Positions 10,434 through 20,614 of a DNA stretch of 64,000 bases are shown here, piece after piece (the stretch's first letter is position 1; every line of letters begins with the position of its first letter). Origin of the DNA: an uncultured Actinomycetota bacterium (GTDB lineage: Bacteria; Actinomycetota; Humimicrobiia; Humimicrobiales; Humimicrobiaceae); NCBI GenBank assembly GCA_964556165.1, contig CAZKVH010000005.1, forward strand, positions 1,269 through 65,268, written 5' to 3'. Made by a program: the position numbers and the translations under genes. Below the pieces are notes generated by a model that had not been told where the DNA came from, made no database searches, and was given only the letters and a program-made list of their open reading frames with translations.

Positions 10434-11486
10434 TTAATATCCATTTCCAATAGCATCCAGCCACTGCTCCTCAAAAGAAGCCGGGCTCAGGCCCGTTGCA
10501 GTTTCAAGGGAAGTTAAGAGGTCTTTTTGATTGTTGTATTCTGAAAGAAATAAATTTAAGGCCTCAAAGCCAAATTCCATAGAAATGAAATTAACAAAAG
10601 ATATATATTCAGAAAATATAAAAGTTCCATCCTGACCCAGGTAACGCACTCCCTTGCTTTCCAGTTCCAGAATAGGTATAAAATTTCCTCCTGACACAAC
10701 TCCACAAATAGTTTCATTGCTTATGGAGTTCGGGTCGATAAAGCTACCGGATATGGACTTATCTGCCAGTGCTTCATTCAGCCATTCATTTTTTTTAGCT
10801 GCTTCAGGATATACCCAGAAATAATAGGCGTGACCTATCTCATGCAGAAGACCTATTCTGTAATTTGCCTCATCATCTACTATATCAGGCACCGGCTTGA
10901 ACCCCTCTGCTTTATATATATGTACTTCTCCATCTGATGCCTGCCCCGCGGATTTACTTCCATCAAAACCGGGTGGAGTCATGCCACCTGTTACAGTTTC
11001 AAACTCTTCGGTGGTATTACATAAAAAAATCTCTATTTTTTTATCCAGAACTTCTCCAAAAATCACCTCCAGGCCTTCCCATCCACTTTCGGCTATCTGT
11101 ATATAATCATTTAAAAAATCTTCATCAATCTCGTTAAAATAAAAAATGTAATGCTCGGCCTCAACTTTTCTCTGAAGCCCTTTCCTATCTGCCTGTGTTA
11201 TCTGGTACGATTCCGGGACTGAAAACTCCTGCTGTGTTTCGGTATCATCCCCGGACGCAGGATAAAAATCTCCTCCTGTATCATCTCTTTTATTTTCATC
11301 GTCTTCAGGTGTCCATCCTTCCGATGATATTGTTTTCGTAGATTCAGGCCTCCCAGACTGAAAACCTTCTAAAATTCCATTTATGTTTTCCATCAGGCTA
11401 CACGAACTCAGCTGAAATGAAAACAACAGCAAAATAAAAACTGAAACTATGAATAATATCTTTTTTTTATTTCTCATATCAAGCAC
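10434..11486 (-). CDS. secreted lipoprotein with HExxH zinc-metallopeptidase-like motif
   Basis: Signal peptide with lipobox (FQLSSC) and a HEIGH motif (LLHEIGHAYYF). No confident family assignment. Confidence 0.55.
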   Translation of the reverse strand: MLDMRNKKKILFIVSVFILLLFSFQLSSCSLMENINGILEGFQSGRPESTKTISSEGWTPEDDENKRDDTGGDFYPASGDDTETQQEFSVPESYQITQADRKGLQRKVEAEHYIFYFNEIDEDFLNDYIQIAESGWEGLEVIFGEVLDKKIEIFLCNTTEEFETVTGGMTPPGFDGSKSAGQASDGEVHIYKAEGFKPVPDIVDDEANYRIGLLHEIGHAYYFWVYPEAAKKNEWLNEALADKSISGSFIDPNSISNETICGVVSGGNFIPILELESKGVRYLGQDGTFIFSEYISFVNFISMEFGFEALNLFLSEYNNQKDLLTSLETATGLSPASFEEQWLDAIGNGY

Positions 11487-11689
11487 TCAAATAATTTTTT
11501 AAATAAATTATTTATTATATTAAACTGTATTTTCTAAATTTTGTAAATAATATTTTAAATATTGTATTAATATAATAATAAAATAAATATTATTAAAATA
11601 TCAAGAATATGGATTTATTTTGTATTGGCTATCTCTGTAGATGCCCTATATTGATTACATTATGATAAAATTATCGCTAGCTAAGATTG

Positions 11690-12163
11690 CTAGAGATTAA
11701 AATGTGCTCTTACATCAGATATAAGACTGTTCTGAATTCTTTCCATGTCCATCCTGTCTCTCTCATCGACATGGTCATAGTTATATATATGCAGCATTCC
11801 GTGGATTATAAGAAGTATTATTTCCAGACTGAGATTCCAGTCACCTTTCTGATATATTGAAACATTGGAATCAGCAACCTCAGGACATATATATATTTCT
11901 CCTATCGTTACAGCAAACGGCCCGGCTCCGGGAATCATATTTTCTTTATCGTCAATATATGAAAATGACAAAACATCAGTTTCTCTGTCTACTTTCCTGT
12001 ATTTTTTATTTAGCTCCTTTATTTTCTTACTGTCAGAAAAAATAATATTTAAATGGCTTCCGGGATCCTTATCAAATTTATTTGAAATATATCTGGAGAT
12101 CTTTTTTATCATGTCCATTTCTATATCTATTTTATCCTGGTCATTAATTACCTCTATCTTCAA
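11690..12163 (-). CDS. ybeY: rRNA maturation endoribonuclease YbeY
   Basis: 157 aa. HGMLHIYNYDH matches the YbeY H3xH5xH metal-binding motif. Confidence 0.9.
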   Translation of the reverse strand: MKIEVINDQDKIDIEMDMIKKISRYISNKFDKDPGSHLNIIFSDSKKIKELNKKYRKVDRETDVLSFSYIDDKENMIPGAGPFAVTIGEIYICPEVADSNVSIYQKGDWNLSLEIILLIIHGMLHIYNYDHVDERDRMDMERIQNSLISDVRAHFNL

Positions 12164-14361
12164 TTTGCCTCCACCTTTGTCTTAAGCTCTACCTTATCCC
12201 TTAAGTCATCCTCACCGTAAGAAATCCTTGAATGATATATCGATATAAGCCCATCAATCAGGGAATTCTTAACAGTATTAATCTCTTTAAGAGTAATACT
12301 GGTTTCATCAAGCTGGCCATCTTTTAATTTATCTTCAAAAATATCATTTACCATCTGCTCGATTTTTTTAGGAGTTACCTTTTCAATGGACCTCACTGCT
12401 GCTTCTGTCGAGTCTGAAAGCATAAGAATAGCTGCTTCTTTGCTCTGTGGCTTTTTTGCCTGATAACGGAAATGTTCCTTCATGCCAGCGGAGCTGCCAT
12501 TAGTTGCTAACGCCATATCCTTCTGCTTTTCATAAAAATAAGTTATTATTGAGTTCCCATGGTGCTGGGAAATAATATTTAAAACCTTCCTCGGAATCTT
12601 ATTCTTTGCGGCAAGCTCGAGACCATCTTTTACATGATTCGATATTATATGCCTGCTCATTGAAGGATTCAGACGGTCATGAACATTCTCAATGCTTGAT
12701 TGATTCTCATAAAAATATTCAGGTCTTTTCATTTTTCCAACATCATGGTAAAGAGCTGCTACTTTCACCAGCAAAGAATCAGCCCCTATGTCTTTTGCTG
12801 CATTTTCGGCAAGGTGAGCTACCAGAATACTATGATTATAAGTTCCCGGTGCTGACATAAGAAGTTTCTTGAGCAATGGATGGTCGGTATTTGAAAGCTC
12901 AAGTAACCCCATTGCGGTCGTGACATTAAAAGTGGACTCAATAAAAGGCAAAAGTCCTATAGCAATAACCGCACAGATTATCCCATTAACCAGCCCAAGC
13001 GCAGTATATAGTATGATTGTTTCCACTTCACCGCCAATAAGGCTGATTATTAAAAACAAGAATGCAAGAAAAAGTGAACTTAAAAAACCCGACCTCATTA
13101 CTGCAGAGCGCTGCGATACTTTTGACACGGTGTAGGAAGCAAAAATGCCTCCCAGCATATATGCAATCGCAAGACTGAAATCAAAATCAGTCGCAATCCC
13201 TGCAAATATACCCAGAGAAATTGTCATCATCATTCCTATACGGCTATTAAAAAGAATGGTCGAGATTAAAGACGCTGCAATCACAGGAAATAGATAATTC
13301 CAGAAATTCAGATGTATGGATGAAAGAATAGTTAACGCCTTTATTAAAGCCGTAAAAGTTACCATAAGAAAAGCAATTATGACCAGTTTCTTTGTGTTGC
13401 TGAATATATCAGGGTTAAATTTGAATATATAGAACCCAAATAGAGCAAGCGCTATCAAAGATGTAAAGAATATATATAAAAGTCTTTTCCAGTTAAGCCC
13501 CGTCTGCAGCAACCCCAGTTTATTTAATATAGTGATATCCGTTTCATTAACAATTTCTCCTTCAAAAACAATAGTCTGGCCTTCAAGTACGGAAACCATA
13601 TGAGGAGGAGTACTTGACCTCGCTTCCTGTCTTGCTTTTTCTGTGCCTTCAGGGTCAAAAACAGCCGTAGGCTCAATATTATTTTCAAGAACGCTTGTAA
13701 CTATGGGAATGTGTTCCTGTTTGATTTCACCATCCGCTTCAGCAAGTTCTATGGCTTCATTTTTAGCAATATCCACTCCCGTAGGTCTTATTTCCTTTTT
13801 CATTACCTCCCTTGCTATATCCTGGGTCTTATTTGCCAGTAAATCAAGCTCATCGGCTGAAAGATTAAGAGCAAGGGAAATAACTGAGCTCGTATATTTG
13901 CCGCTAAGAAGATTATTCATATAGTCAACCTTCTCTTCAAATGTCTTATCTTCCTTACCCTGAACTATGCCTGCCAGAAGATAAAAATATTTTATCTGAT
14001 AAAGAGCACCGTCCTCACCATTTAAAACATTGATATCATAAACATATACATCCTCTACTTCTGCTTCATTATTATTTCTATCTTCCTCTGTTTTTTCAGT
14101 GTCCTCAAACTCTATACTTCTGGTTGCCTTAATAGTCCTTGGGCTGGGTTTGGCAAGTTCTATTCCTATGTCCGGAGAATAATTATAAGAGAGAACAGCT
14201 ACAACTATAGCCAGGGTGAGAACAGATATATACATAACCTGGGCGATTCTGCTCCTGAATGAAAAATATTTTACGGCAAAATTTCTAAATTTCTCCAGCC
14301 TGCTCTCTTCACCATTATGAAATTCCTTATTTTTATTATTTCTCTTTATCATCTTAATCAC
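12160..14361 (-). CDS. 7TM-receptor with intracellular HD hydrolase (PgpH/YqfF family, c-di-AMP phosphodiesterase-like)
   Basis: 733 aa. Extracellular N-domain, 7 TM helices and a C-terminal HD domain (HDVGK). Conserved phoH-yqfF-ybeY arrangement. Confidence 0.85.
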   Translation of the reverse strand: MIKMIKRNNKNKEFHNGEESRLEKFRNFAVKYFSFRSRIAQVMYISVLTLAIVVAVLSYNYSPDIGIELAKPSPRTIKATRSIEFEDTEKTEEDRNNNEAEVEDVYVYDINVLNGEDGALYQIKYFYLLAGIVQGKEDKTFEEKVDYMNNLLSGKYTSSVISLALNLSADELDLLANKTQDIAREVMKKEIRPTGVDIAKNEAIELAEADGEIKQEHIPIVTSVLENNIEPTAVFDPEGTEKARQEARSSTPPHMVSVLEGQTIVFEGEIVNETDITILNKLGLLQTGLNWKRLLYIFFTSLIALALFGFYIFKFNPDIFSNTKKLVIIAFLMVTFTALIKALTILSSIHLNFWNYLFPVIAASLISTILFNSRIGMMMTISLGIFAGIATDFDFSLAIAYMLGGIFASYTVSKVSQRSAVMRSGFLSSLFLAFLFLIISLIGGEVETIILYTALGLVNGIICAVIAIGLLPFIESTFNVTTAMGLLELSNTDHPLLKKLLMSAPGTYNHSILVAHLAENAAKDIGADSLLVKVAALYHDVGKMKRPEYFYENQSSIENVHDRLNPSMSRHIISNHVKDGLELAAKNKIPRKVLNIISQHHGNSIITYFYEKQKDMALATNGSSAGMKEHFRYQAKKPQSKEAAILMLSDSTEAAVRSIEKVTPKKIEQMVNDIFEDKLKDGQLDETSITLKEINTVKNSLIDGLISIYHSRISYGEDDLRDKVELKTKVEAN

Positions 14362-14406
14362 TTATAAATTACAAAAAAATTTAACCTGCTAATTATAACC
14401 TGCTAA

Positions 14407-15384
14407 TTATTTTACTTTCTTATTTATTTCACCGTATATCTTATATGCATCAACAATTCTCTGTACCAGTTCATGCCTCACTACATCTTTCGAGCTGAGA
14501 TATACGAATTCTATTCCCTGTATACCCTTTAAAATCTTTTCTACTATGATAAGTCCTGATTCCCTATCAGGTGGCAGGTCAATCTGTGTAACATCTCCAG
14601 TTACTACTATCTTTGAACCAAAACCCAGCCTGGTAAGGAACATCTTCATCTGCTCCGGCGAAGTATTCTGGGCTTCGTCAAGAATTATAAAAGAATCGTT
14701 AAGAGTTCTGCCTCTCATATAGGCAAGAGGCACCACTTCAATAATGCCCATTTCACGGTACTGCTGAAATTTCTCTACATCCAGCATTTCATATAATGCA
14801 TCATACAGGGGTCTCAGGTATGGATTAACCTTATCATACATATCTCCCGGTAAAAATCCGAGTTTCTCCCCGGCTTCCACGACAGGCTTTATTAAAATAA
14901 TACGGCCCACTTTATTCTCCTTTAATTCTTCGACTGCCAGAGCGAGCGCAAGATAAGTTTTCCCGGTTCCAGCAGGTCCTATAACGAAAACAATTGTATT
15001 TTCCTTTATCGCCTCGATATATTCCTTTTGCCCTATCGTACGCGGTTTTATTTTCTTCCCGCTGTTTACAACTATACTGCTCCTGAAAACTTCATGTGGC
15101 TCCATATCTGATTTACCCTCCATAATTCTTATTGAATCACTGACTTTCTGCGAATTCAGTTTCTGCCCCAGATTTATCTGAAGAGCCAGTTCTTCTATTA
15201 ATTTTGAAACTTCTTTCACATTCTTGCTCTTACCTGAGATCTCAACATTATTCCCAAGAACGAAAATTTCCACATTATATTTTCTTTCAATCAAGCGCAA
15301 AAGCTCATCCCTGTTCCCAATCAGGTCAGCCATTGAATGCCTGTCTTTAAAATCAATTTTTAGCTTTTGTTTTACCGGAGACAA
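14407..15384 (-). CDS. phoH: PhoH-like ATPase
   Basis: 325 aa. Walker A GPAGTGKT and a KH-like N-domain. Confidence 0.9.
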   Translation of the reverse strand: MSPVKQKLKIDFKDRHSMADLIGNRDELLRLIERKYNVEIFVLGNNVEISGKSKNVKEVSKLIEELALQINLGQKLNSQKVSDSIRIMEGKSDMEPHEVFRSSIVVNSGKKIKPRTIGQKEYIEAIKENTIVFVIGPAGTGKTYLALALAVEELKENKVGRIILIKPVVEAGEKLGFLPGDMYDKVNPYLRPLYDALYEMLDVEKFQQYREMGIIEVVPLAYMRGRTLNDSFIILDEAQNTSPEQMKMFLTRLGFGSKIVVTGDVTQIDLPPDRESGLIIVEKILKGIQGIEFVYLSSKDVVRHELVQRIVDAYKIYGEINKKVK

Positions 15385-15484
15385 AATAACCTCCTTTTAG
15401 CAGATTTATTTTTAAATGCCATCGGTTTATTAAGAAGTCATATAACAGGAAACTAATATAGAATATATAATTTATATAATTTTT

Positions 15485-15838
15485 TTAACCCGGGGGCCAG
15501 CCAAATTTCCTCTTTCCCAGTATATGAAAATGTAGATGATTCACAACCTGACCTGCATTGCTTCCGGTATTTGTGACCACTCTGAATCCCTCCTTATCAA
15601 GTCCCATATCTTTCGCTACCCCGCCTATCGCCTCCATTAGCTCCTTTAACTCATCTCTTTCAAGTTTATCGATTTCCATAATAGAGCCGACGTGCTTTTT
15701 GGGTATAGCAATCAGATGAACCGGCGCTTCTGGTGATATATCCTCAAAAATTAAAACGCTGTCACTTTCAAATACTATATTGCTTTTAATTTCTCTTTTT
15801 ATAATTTTACAAAAAAGACAATCTTCCATTTCTTTCAA
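15485..15838 (-). CDS. HIT family (histidine triad) nucleotide hydrolase
   Basis: 117 aa with the HLHFHIL histidine triad. Confidence 0.85.
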   Translation of the reverse strand: MKEMEDCLFCKIIKREIKSNIVFESDSVLIFEDISPEAPVHLIAIPKKHVGSIMEIDKLERDELKELMEAIGGVAKDMGLDKEGFRVVTNTGSNAGQVVNHLHFHILGKRKFGWPPG

Positions 15839-16044
15839 AGCCTAAAAATAATTTTTATATAAAATCATAATAACCCTATGGCTATATTAAATAATTATAC
15901 AATCTTTCTAAATTTTTACATAGCCAATCAAATCCTAAATGGGGGATTATACTATTTTTTCAAAATTTTACAACTCTTATAAATTTAACTTCTGTTGTAA
16001 TTAAACAATATCGTTAGATTAGTCTTATTAAGAGGAATTTTATA

Positions 16045-16953
16045 TTAAAATTTTTTATTGATATATTTATTTATATAATTATATACTCTTGCTTTTACCC
16101 TCGCATTATTTATCTGATACCCCAGCTTACGGATGTATTTTTTTATAAACTGTTTTTGAATTAATTTCGCAGACAATTCCGCTTCAAGAGCCTTTCTTAA
16201 TATCATGGGATCACCGGATTTGCTATCTTTTTTCAATTCATAGGCTCTCTTTTCCTCATCTAAAATATCTTCCTCTGTTACAAGTGGAATAGATTCATAT
16301 TTGCTAAGATCCTCTTTTACTTCTGCCTCGATAATCTCTACAGGATAAACAGGAAAATTACGCATTCTTTTTCTTTTGATTTCCAGACGTATTGTCACAA
16401 TCTGACCCGGGTTAACCACAATTTCTATAGAACGGCCGTCATTATCTTTAATAACTTTTCTGTCTTCTTCAAGAAAGTTTACGTATTGAGCTTTTTTTAC
16501 CACAAAGTCTGAAATGATCTTTCCGTAAACCTTCTTTTCTGAAGGGTTATAACACCTTAATATTATTGCTTTTCCATCATCTGAGCGTTTCATTGATGTT
16601 ACTCTCAAAACTCTATCTTTATCATATACTTCCATAAACCCCCGGCTGCTTTTCAGGGGACCTTTATGAGAAACAGTCTTCATTATCATTAATTCCTTAT
16701 TAAAAGCATCTGCCTTTTGCTGAACTCCACCCCTGTGTACATCCCCCTCGTGTACATATACAGCGTACTCAAATGCCATCTGCCGCAGACACTGAGCTTC
16801 CGGAACCATAATTTCCGGTCCGGCATCTCCAATTCTGGTATTAATTTCTCTGGCAATCCATCCAACACTCCTAAAAAGTGTAAGAGCAATTGTTTTTTTC
16901 TCCGGAATTACCTGATATTCTTTAAGTCCTCTGCTTAATAATGCTACGCATTT
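16045..16953 (-). pseudogene. 3' remnant of a GH38-like glycoside hydrolase (alpha-mannosidase family) gene; only the C-terminal ~300 codons remain
   Basis: The reading frame is open from the stop at 16954-16956 down to 16045 with no ATG until an internal Met (16809). AGPEIMVPEAQCL..FEYAVYVHEG and AIILRCYNP..IVTIRLE resemble the C-terminal beta-sandwich of GH38 enzymes. A full gene would be roughly 1000 codons, and upstream sequence abuts the mtaB 3' end. Confidence 0.4.
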
Positions 16954-17152
16954 TTATCAAAAAAGTCACACACTTTAGACATATAGGAAATTATTAAATC
17001 CCTGCAAGATAGATGGTTTGGCTCAATATAACAATGCAAACTTTTTAAAAGCTACTGGCAGGCGGCAATTCATTATATCAGAAGGGTCCGCTCTACCTAA
17101 AAATAAACATTATCAAATCTGATATCCTGAAAAATATTTTATTTAACTCTTT

Positions 17153-18481
17153 CTAAGACTTAATTATATTCCCTATTAACCCTTTCTCATAAAGAGAATT
17201 CGTACTGATCTTTACCATTTTACCCTCAAGATTCCTGAATTCAGCACTATCGGACTTGAAATAAACTTTGATATAGTTTCCCGATGTACCACTTACTATA
17301 TTATCTTCGCCTATTTTTTCGCAGATAACACCGAGTGTTCTTCCAATATTATCCTTAATATATATATTTCTCAGCTCATCCCCCAGACTCCGCATAATCT
17401 TACTCCTAAGGGATTTAGACACTTCATCAACCTGCCCCGGCATTCTAAAGGCAGGGGTACGCTCCCTCCCAGAAAATTTAAACACATGGACTTTGCTAAA
17501 ACCAGATTTCTTTACAATATTAAGAGTATGCTCAAAGTCACCTTCTTCCTCGCCGGGGAAGCCTACCATAACATCTGTGGTCAATGCAATTTCAGGAAAA
17601 AACTTTTTGACCAGATTTACTTTTTTTAAAAAATATTCAGAATTATAAGGTCTTGCCATAAGCCGTAAAATTTTATCACTTCCGCTCTGAAGCGGGATGT
17701 GAAGATGAGACGCGAAGCGTACCTCATTGCTTTTTAAAATATCCAGAACCCCTGCATTGATATCATTTATCTCAATAGAGCTTAATCTTATTCTTTTTAT
17801 GCCCGTAAGCTCAAAAATTTTATTCAGCAAACCTGCAAGATTACCGGTTTCACTTCCGGATTTAGATGAATTCCTATTAAAGTCAATCCCGTATTTACCA
17901 ATATTAATCCCCGTAAGAACTACTTCCTCAAAATTGTTATTTTCAAGCTCTTTTATCTTTTCCAGTACTTCAGCAGAGAGCACACTTTTATAACCTCCTC
18001 TTACTTTAGGTATTATACAATAAGTGCAATTCTGCTCGCATCCATCCTGTATTTTTACCATGGGCCTGGAGTGAAGCATGTTTCCGGACAGTAAAACACC
18101 TTTACTGGAGGATTTTATATCATTAATATTTCTTTTCCCCGGCACATCCGAAATTAAATCAGGTATCTTCATCTTATCCTTATTCCCGACTATGAAATCA
18201 ACACCCGAGTCCCTTAAAAACTTTTTATTAAATACAACAAAACAGCCTGTAACAATTATTTTGCTTCTTTTATTTTCTGATTTTAATCTCCTCACGAGCT
18301 GTCTTACTTTTTTATCGCTCATTGAAGTCACAGTACAGGTATTGATAATACAGAAGTCAGGATTTTCATCAGATGAGACAAGCAAAAACCCTCTCTTTTG
18401 AAGTTCCGCCGAGATATAATCCGATTCACTCTGGTTTACTTTGCAGCCGAGTGTATTAATTGAAAAACTTATTCTGTCCAT
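17153..18481 (-). CDS. mtaB: tRNA threonylcarbamoyladenosine methylthiotransferase MtaB (MiaB-like radical SAM)
   Basis: 442 aa. MTTase N-domain, radical SAM CEQNCTYC, and a C-terminal TRAM domain. dnaJ-rsmE-mtaB synteny as in Bacillus yqeV. Confidence 0.85.
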   Translation of the reverse strand: MDRISFSINTLGCKVNQSESDYISAELQKRGFLLVSSDENPDFCIINTCTVTSMSDKKVRQLVRRLKSENKRSKIIVTGCFVVFNKKFLRDSGVDFIVGNKDKMKIPDLISDVPGKRNINDIKSSSKGVLLSGNMLHSRPMVKIQDGCEQNCTYCIIPKVRGGYKSVLSAEVLEKIKELENNNFEEVVLTGINIGKYGIDFNRNSSKSGSETGNLAGLLNKIFELTGIKRIRLSSIEINDINAGVLDILKSNEVRFASHLHIPLQSGSDKILRLMARPYNSEYFLKKVNLVKKFFPEIALTTDVMVGFPGEEEGDFEHTLNIVKKSGFSKVHVFKFSGRERTPAFRMPGQVDEVSKSLRSKIMRSLGDELRNIYIKDNIGRTLGVICEKIGEDNIVSGTSGNYIKVYFKSDSAEFRNLEGKMVKISTNSLYEKGLIGNIIKS

Positions 18482-19215
18482 CTCTTATTTCCAATCAGAT
18501 AATCCAGAACAGATAAAAAATAAATTGCCGCTGTCTCGGAGCGGTAAATATTTTTACCCAGTTTTATCTCTCTGGCTCCGTTTTTTTTCAGGTAATTAAG
18601 CTCGTTCTCTTCAAAACCACCTTCGGGTCCTATTATAAATCCGATTGCAGAAATCCTGGATAAGGCATCTGCATCTTCAGAAATGATTTTATTGTAATTG
18701 GCACTCTTCTCATAAGGAATAAAAAAATAGTCATATTCAGAGACCATTATTCCGTGAATATCTTCGGGTGAGCTTATCCTGCAGCTAAAATCTCTCTTGC
18801 ACTGCATTGAAGCTCCATCGGAAATCTTCTGCCATCTTGCCAGCTTGTCTGAAACCTTTCCGGAGTCTACGATAGTTCTCCTGCTTATAACTGGAACTAT
18901 CCTGTCCACACCTATCTCTGTGGATTTCTGGATCACAAATTCCATTGGATTTTTTTTAAGAACGCACTGAAACAAAATAATTTCCGGGAATTTTCTTAAA
19001 ATTTTTTCTTTCCCTTTTGTGGCAAGCGTAATTTCATTTTTACCAATCTTTAAAATCTCAGTTTTATATTTATACTGCTCATTATCCGATATATATACAG
19101 TATCTCCAATCTCCCCCCTGAGTACATTCTTGAGATGATTTAAATCCTCCCCTATTATTTTTATTTCATTCTTTTCTATACGACCGGAATCAACAAAAAA
19201 GTATGGGTAGCTCAT
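18469..19215 (-). CDS. rsmE: 16S rRNA (uracil1498-N3)-methyltransferase RsmE
   Basis: 248 aa with PUA-like and SPOUT domains. Located in the yqeU position after dnaJ. Confidence 0.8.
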   Translation of the reverse strand: MSYPYFFVDSGRIEKNEIKIIGEDLNHLKNVLRGEIGDTVYISDNEQYKYKTEILKIGKNEITLATKGKEKILRKFPEIILFQCVLKKNPMEFVIQKSTEIGVDRIVPVISRRTIVDSGKVSDKLARWQKISDGASMQCKRDFSCRISSPEDIHGIMVSEYDYFFIPYEKSANYNKIISEDADALSRISAIGFIIGPEGGFEENELNYLKKNGAREIKLGKNIYRSETAAIYFLSVLDYLIGNKRWTE

Positions 19216-19355
19216 TTTAAAAACCGATAACTGATAAAAATATATAAATTAATTGAATAATCATATTTAGATAAACAGAATCCAGATTAGAATACAGATT
19301 AACACAATATAAAAAGTAATAAAAAAAACAATATTTTAACTATTTTTATTTATAA

Positions 19356-20492
19356 TTACTTTCTAAACGCATCTTTAATATTGGAAAAAGCACTCTTATT
19401 TCCACTCCCTACATCTTCGTTTCTTCCACTGGCATATTTCCTTAAGAGCTCCACCTCTTCTCTGGTAAGCTTCCCGGGAATCTTGACATTTACATTTATT
19501 ATATGGTCGCCTCTTCTGTATCCATTAAGCTCTACCATTCCCATAGATTTCAATACTATCTTTTCTCCGGGCTGTGTCCCCGGCTTTATATTTATTTCCT
19601 CTTCACCATCAATAGTCTTTGCTTTTATTTTGCAACCGAGAGCCGCCTGTGCAAAAGATATATCGACATCTGAAAGAATATCATCTCCTGACCTTGTGAA
19701 CCCGGGTTGACTTATAACCCTCACAACTATATACAAATCTCCATTTATGGAGTCCCTTCCAAGCGAATGCCCCTTTCCTGTCAGCCTCAGGCTATCTCCA
19801 TTATGTATGCCGGCAGGAATATCGACACTTATTTTTTTCTTTTTACGGTAATAACCCTTTCCCTTACACTTAGGGCAGGGTTCTTTTATTATTTTGCCCG
19901 TACCGCCACACCTGCTGCATGTTGATGTAGTTATTATGCTTCCGAGAAAGGACTGCCTTGCAGTCCTTACTTTCCCAGTACCGCCACATTCAGGGCATGT
20001 TTCTATTCCACTCTCACTCAGGCTGCCTTTCCCATTACACCTGTCACATATATCATCAACACTATATTCTATTTCCTTTTTTACTCCATAGGCTGCCTCT
20101 TTTAATTTTATCTTTATTTCAAGCTTTATATCAGAGCCCCTCTTTTTTTGCCTGGTTGCTCTTCTGCTTGAAAAAGGCCCTCCAAATCCGGTTCCAAACA
20201 TTGAATCAAAGAAGTCGCCAAAACCAAACTCCGAAAATACGCTTCCAAAATCAAAATTTTCAAAAAGGCTCCTGCTGAAGCCGAACTGGTCATACTGTCT
20301 CCTCTTCTCATCATTGCTCAAGACCGCATAAGCTTCAGAAATTTCCTTAAATTTTTCCTCAGCCTCAGGATTGCCATTATTTACATCAGGATGGTACATT
20401 CGGGCAAGTTTTCTATATTCTCTTTTTATGTCCTCTGCCGTGCAGTCGCGGCTCAATCCAAGGACTTCATAATAATCTCTCTTATTCGCCAC
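19356..20492 (-). CDS. dnaJ: molecular chaperone DnaJ
   Basis: 378 aa. J domain (YYEVLGL..HPD), G/F region and four CxxCxGxG zinc-finger repeats. Confidence 0.95.
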   Translation of the reverse strand: MANKRDYYEVLGLSRDCTAEDIKREYRKLARMYHPDVNNGNPEAEEKFKEISEAYAVLSNDEKRRQYDQFGFSRSLFENFDFGSVFSEFGFGDFFDSMFGTGFGGPFSSRRATRQKKRGSDIKLEIKIKLKEAAYGVKKEIEYSVDDICDRCNGKGSLSESGIETCPECGGTGKVRTARQSFLGSIITTSTCSRCGGTGKIIKEPCPKCKGKGYYRKKKKISVDIPAGIHNGDSLRLTGKGHSLGRDSINGDLYIVVRVISQPGFTRSGDDILSDVDISFAQAALGCKIKAKTIDGEEEINIKPGTQPGEKIVLKSMGMVELNGYRRGDHIINVNVKIPGKLTREEVELLRKYASGRNEDVGSGNKSAFSNIKDAFRK

Positions 20493-20614
20493 CGGTAAAA
20501 ATCACCTCTAAAACAATTTTTTTATGATTTCAAAATAATTTAGCGCAGAAATAATAACTCTTTTAAGCACTTTTTTCCAGTTTTTCCCTTATTCCTCTAC
20601 TTCATCTTTCAGTA

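Noticed and set aside
20493-20614. Inverted repeat TTAAGCACT ... AGTGCTTAT between hrcA and dnaJ, considered as CIRCE
   Set aside because: Arms differ from the CIRCE consensus (TTAGCACTC/GAGTGCTAA). The spacer is ~46 nt where CIRCE has 9. More likely a weak terminator/attenuator stem or chance.
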